Source: a virus
Virus record (IMG/VR): IMGVR_UViG_3300046777_001575
Coordinates: 14,478-78,477 of that record
DNA: 64,000 bases
Strand: one strand, 5' to 3'
The notes beneath the pieces are model-generated. The model ran no database searches and was not told where the DNA came from. It was given only the letters and a program-made list of their open reading frames with translations. Shown here in pieces: positions 59,454 through 64,000 of this stretch (the stretch's first letter is position 1; every line of letters starts with the position of its first letter). A program made the position numbers and the translations under genes.

Positions 59454-59639
59454 CAATTAATAAATATGCATTGCAGTGCATAAAAAATGCACGTGAGTAC
59501 AAACCAGACAATTCGGACATATCAAAAATGTCAAATTGAAAAATCTTTACGAAGGCTATTACTGATCTCCCAAAATGTCAAACCTAAAAATCTTTACGAT
59601 AGAGTTGACATTTCCCAGGTTCTAGACTACAATTAATAT

Positions 59640-60578
59640 ATGACCCAACAAGTTGCAATATATGAAATGGAATACTCATGCTCTCCTGGCGGTATTGACT
59701 GCTGGGAAGCAACTATCAATGGCTATGGTACTAGTAGTACTGCTAGTGATTTTAAGACTGCTGGAGAGGCTCTTAACTGGGTTCTTGACAGATACCCTGA
59801 TGAAATGTTAGAATTGACAGTAGTTTCACTCCCCGCATATGAAAAGGAAATAGCATGACCCAAACAGAAATATTCAATAAAGTAATACAAACCATCTATG
59901 ATGACAACTTCTCTCATGTAGATTTCATGGACAACATGGGTGGAGATTGTGATTGTCAAATCCACAATGTATTAAACTTCTTACATGAATACGAGGTAGC
60001 ATAATGTTGGGTTATACTAAAGAAGATTTAGATAATATGCAGTATGGTGTTGACTGTGTTCTACTTATGATCAACTCTGATGATAACCCTGCTATCTTTA
60101 ATTATTTAACTACTACCTCAGAATTCCTAGGTGGTCTATGGGCAGAAGGGTATTTTGACTAATGTGGACTAAGTATAGTTATGTTTGTTCAGACTGTGAC
60201 TCTCTTATTGAGGTTACTACCAATAAGGCTCCCGTGCTAGATCCAGGGTGTGTCTGTGGTTTGGATACATTTGTTACCCGCACAGCCCTAGAGCCAACGG
60301 TAATGCCAAATGTGATGAGTATCACATCCTCAGATGTTGTAAAAATCAACACAAACCCCTATAATTAATATATGGACCTAAACACACTTATAGAATATAT
60401 GAGAATACATCTCATCAGTCTATATCAGGATGCAGAAATGCTTCAAGATAAAATGGACAACTTTAAAGGTGACCTTGACTCTTGGGACTATCAGGAGTTA
60501 GAGATTGCTGATATGAATAATACAGGCGAGATTGCCGCTACTCAACACCTTTTGTCAGTGGCAGAGGGTAGAATATAA
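59640..60578 (+). CDS. Five small early genes (59640-59858, 59855-60004, 60004-60162, 60162-60368, 60372-60578)
   Basis: Leaderless promoter TTGACA-N17-TACAAT-N6-ATG; coupled ORFs. Confidence 0.7.
60553..60574 (+). promoter_or_regulatory. PafBC-type promoter TTGTCAGTG-N8-TAGAAT, leaderless to ATG 60581
   Basis: Full match to the mycobacterial RecA-NDp consensus as I recall it. Confidence 0.78.
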
Positions 60579-60580
60579 TC

Positions 60581-61301
60581 ATGAACACAACACAACTAGA
60601 CCCAAGACTGCAAAAACTCGTAGACCTAGGGGAATCAGGTACTGATATCCTCCATGGTGAACTCAAGAACCTAATGCTTGAGGCTGAAAAGGAATACCTT
60701 GAAGCACAACAGATTGAAGAAGATAACGACTATTCCGACGCTATGGAATCCATGGAGCGGAAGTACTGGGAAGGCATGTGCGACGCATACTCTCATGTCT
60801 ATGCTCTTACATACCAACTAGCATTTGCTATTAGTGATAGGGCTAAGAATCGTGGATAAATTTATCGAAATGACAATGGATGAGTGGGAAGCCACATATA
60901 AGCCTATTTATAATCATATTGATAAGAATGCCTCATTCCAAGATGAGACAGGCCAAGGTATCATGTTTGAAACCTATGGCGATGAGGTAGAGTTTGTTAA
61001 ATCTCAGGACCCTGCAAAAATTTGGATGTATGGTGATGGAGACGATGGTGGCTCCTATATCTGGTCTGGCTGGGGATTTGTAAATAGACTAGGATACTTC
61101 ATTACTGAGGTTCCGTGCCCACCTGACACAACGATTCAGATTCAGGTTAGTGTACCTTGGTATTTCTGCGAGAATTGCGAGGCAGAACTAGAAGACCCTG
61201 ATAATCTTATTAGAGATGCCTTTGATGAGGCAGACTTGCAAAAATGTCCTGAATGCGCTACAATTGAAGAAATGACCCTAGTAGGAATGGAAAAGAAATG
61301 A
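60581..61301 (+). CDS. Two hypothetical acidic proteins (60581-60859; 60852-61301 with C-terminal Zn ribbon)
   Basis: ORF track; CENC…CPEC. Confidence 0.7.
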
Positions 61302-61636
61302 CCCAATACATAATCGATGAACTAGAACTCGTAGGCTCCTTTGCTGTTGACAGCGGTCAAGCAATGGTAGGCGACCCCTGCTATTTAGACCAATGGAAAA
61401 CCAATGAAGGCGAGGAGTGGAACCTAGAAGGCAAGGCTGGAGATTACTCTTATCACGGCGCAAGTGCTATGACAATTCAGGCTAATGCTGGAGTGCTGGG
61501 CACTGGCTCTGCAGTTGTATTTAATACAGGCTATGGAGATGGCTATTATCCTGTCTATGTTAAGTATAATGAGGACGGACGAATTGTTAAGGTAGTTATT
61601 GATTTTGAAGGTGACTTAGATGAGGAACAAGACTAA
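61298..61636 (+). CDS. DUF4241-like protein
   Basis: FAVDSGQAMVGDPCY…TGYGDGYYPVY…VVIDF. Confidence 0.75.
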   Translation: MTQYIIDELELVGSFAVDSGQAMVGDPCYLDQWKTNEGEEWNLEGKAGDYSYHGASAMTIQANAGVLGTGSAVVFNTGYGDGYYPVYVKYNEDGRIVKVVIDFEGDLDEEQD

Positions 61637-62174
61637 TGCCACTATACACAATCATCGCTACACGAGAAGTACAGTATGAATTTAATATTGAGGCTGAAGA
61701 TGAAGCCTCTGCCATTGAGGAGATCAACCGTATTGAACTCAATGAAGATGTTGAAGAATATGCCTATGACTGGTATCCTTTAGAAGTCACCGAAATTAAT
61801 GAAGAGGAGCAGGAATAATGGGAGACAGAATCGTATACACAATCAAACAAGATAGTAATTTATCTTTAAATTTATACAGTCACTGGGGTGGCTATGATAG
61901 ATTTACTAGTCTTGCCAATGCCCTGAATGCAGCACGGCCTAGATGGGATGACTCATCATATGGCGCTAGAATTATTGTTTCTCAATTGATTGGGGACCAA
62001 TGGGCTGAAGAGACTGGGTTTGGGCTCTGGGCCTCTAGCGAAGATGGCTACTATGGCGGGGACCATCCAGATATCACAATTGATTTTATTAATAAGACTG
62101 TTACAGATGAAACTGGGACCCATACATTTGAACAGTTTATAGCCTACCATGGAAGTTTGACTGCGACGGTCTAG
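61636..62174 (+). CDS. Two hypothetical proteins (61636-61818; 61818-62174 with LYSHWGG motif)
   Basis: TAATG-coupled ORFs. Confidence 0.7.
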
Positions 62175-62195
62175 GTATTGGGTCACCTAGGCCAC

Positions 62196-62240
62196 AGGGG
62201 GAGGGGCATGCGTGGGGCTTGCTCTTTCCCCCACTTTTTG
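62196..62240 (+). terminator. Probable intrinsic terminator
   Basis: G-rich/C-rich stem (GGGGGAGGGGCA…TGCTCTTTCCCCC) followed by ACTTTTT. Confidence 0.55.
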
Positions 62241-62264
62241 ATACAATGTATATAAGGGAGAACT

Positions 62265-62709
62265 ATGCGTATAAATCGTAAACTAACAGAAGAAGAAAAA
62301 GTTGCCAACAGATTGGGCAATATGGTTTCTGACCTTCGTGTTGATTTGGAATTGGTCGGGGAATATATAGCATATTCTCAGCCCCATGTAGTTTATAATC
62401 GCTTACAGGTTATTGCCGAAGCAGCAAAAGAAACTAAGGAGAATACTAATTATGCCAAAAACCACATTTGAAAACAAGGCTCTAATTTTAGGGCAACTAT
62501 GGATAAACTATAAAGCAGATGAGGAGTGGATTGACTTTTTTGTTTACAACGATTTAGGTTTGCCACTTGCTTTCGCATTTGCCGAGGGAATCATAAACCA
62601 CACACCAACATTAGAACAATACATAAACGAAACATGGGATTTGTTCCTTGAAGGTTTGGATACTGAGGATGAAGGGTTTGAAGATATTGAGGATTTGTTA
62701 GAAGATTAG
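62265..62709 (+). CDS. Two hypothetical proteins (62265-62471; 62452-62709)
   Basis: SD GGAG before both starts. Confidence 0.7.
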
Positions 62710-62749
62710 CAATCCTGCCCGAAAGGGCCCACGTGCCATATCTTTATCA

Positions 62750-63645
62750 AATTGTCAAACCAAAAACCTTTGTATCCAAACATTACGATCCAACCTAAAA
62801 ATCCCCAAACCAGAACATTACGAACCTCCAAAACCTTCCCCCTCCAGAAGATTACGATCCAAACCTTATATCCCCAAACCTTATACCATAGATATCGAGG
62901 TTTGTCAAACCATATATCCACGATGTTATACCATATCCAAACCTATTTGTCAAACCAGGTGTATAATTATATTATGAGTCCAAGACATTTTGCAAACCTT
63001 AGACAGTCAGATCCTCAAGCATATAAAAAAGGAGAAGACAAGGTTTGGAATACCTTTGTAGGTATTACTCATACTATAGGTTTGAATAGATTCTTTACCT
63101 TTACCCCCGATTTTTTACCAGGCCCCGCCAAAGGCGAGAATATCACAGGCCGCTTTGAGCCAGGGGAAATCCCAGGGGATCAATAAACAAACCAATAACA
63201 CCCCCTATAGAATAACAAACCTTTTCCCTGGTTTTCTATAAATTACATAATAGTTTTATTAAATAACATTACGATATTGGTAAATTTTCCCCTAATTTGG
63301 GGATATTTTTATGGGCATTTTCATGCATAAAAAGACTTGACAAACCATGGTTTTGCATGTATAATGCCCAAACCTTATATCAGGATATGATGGTTTGACA
63401 ATATCGGGCAAATGTGGTATGAGGGTTTGGGATAGGGAGGTTTGTCGGTTTGACATTACGATCCCCTTTATGATATACTCCAATCTCCACTATCCTCCAC
63501 TTCACTCCACTTCTACCCTATCTAATAATATAATCAGTAAGATTAATCTGTGGATAAACCTGTGGATAACTATCAAACCCAAGGCACCACAACACCTTAA
63601 CAAACCTTATTTTAAGGTATCCTAACACCTTAACCTGTGGATAAC
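62750..63645. repeat. Iterated-motif region (CCAAACC, TGTCAAACC, ATTACGATCC, DnaA boxes); possible replication origin
   Basis: Dense short repeats, AT-rich tract at ~63230-63290, three TGTGGATAA. Confidence 0.45.
62974..63186 (+). CDS. Hypothetical protein (leaderless)
   Basis: TATAAT-N6-ATG; MSPRHFANLRQ…. Confidence 0.5.
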   Translation: MSPRHFANLRQSDPQAYKKGEDKVWNTFVGITHTIGLNRFFTFTPDFLPGPAKGENITGRFEPGEIPGDQ

Positions 63646-63661
63646 CTGCTATACTTAAACC

Positions 63662-63790
63662 ATGCTAGATGTATTATGTTTTGACTGTGGGGGTATGTTT
63701 AAGGTTCCTTATGGAACTAAAGACCTAACCAAACAATGCCCTAAATGCCTAGATAAACTATGGCAATCTCAAACCTCATTTGAGGAATAG
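63662..63790 (+). CDS. Small Zn-ribbon protein (leaderless)
   Basis: TGCTATACT-N6-ATG; CFDC…CPKC. Confidence 0.55.
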   Translation: MLDVLCFDCGGMFKVPYGTKDLTKQCPKCLDKLWQSQTSFEE

Positions 63791-64000
63791 CCAGGGGATC
63801 AAGAATCCCTAATTGCCCTATTGACCATACGGATCAAACCTTTTCGAGTTATCTTCGACGCATCAAATGTCTCAGTATAACCACCTTGGGGCATATCGTC
63901 CTTATCCAGGAAATGTCCATGCTTATCTCTTAATGTGTTTAGTACTAGGGTTTCTACGGCTCTTGCCTTATCCCGTTCGGAAAACCACCAATACTTAATG

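Noticed and set aside
50700-63700. LexA/SOS boxes (TCGAAC-N4-GTTCGA)
   Set aside because: None noticed by eye; the damage-type signal here is the LexA-independent motif
1-64000. Stop-codon reassignment or alternative genetic code
   Set aside because: Conserved genes are full length in the standard code, all three stops are used, and the only tRNA is an ordinary Asp(GTC)

Overview
A 64-kb segment of a large, low-GC tailed (siphovirus-like) dsDNA phage. The host is most likely an actinobacterium, inferred from promoter grammar (RecA-NDp/PafBC-type, CRP, WhiA-like motifs, pervasive leaderless genes). Positions 1-~48.5 kb are mostly minus-strand and hold the virion module: tail tip, 2982-aa tape measure, two tail chaperones, major tail, neck, major capsid, protease-scaffold, portal, LamG protein and many fibre genes. 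Accessory cassettes interrupt this module: (i) a translationally coupled nrdJ / B12-binding-like / small membrane protein / PduO adenosyltransferase operon; (ii) an FN3-(GAF)20-Hint protein followed by a GNAT-like gene; (iii) a mucin-like Pro/Thr-rich fibre followed by two 2OG-Fe(II) oxygenases and a GT60-like glycosyltransferase. From ~50.9 kb a plus-strand early region carries dozens of small genes, tRNA-Asp and repeated promoter cassettes. These contain 8 exactly spaced TGTCAG-N10-TAnnnT promoters, CRP boxes, DnaA boxes and GACACGCC motifs. Five copies of a covarying H-type RNA pseudoknot lie just after stop codons. The tape measure contains an embedded protein-kinase-like domain. All assignments come from reading motifs by eye; no database search was run.
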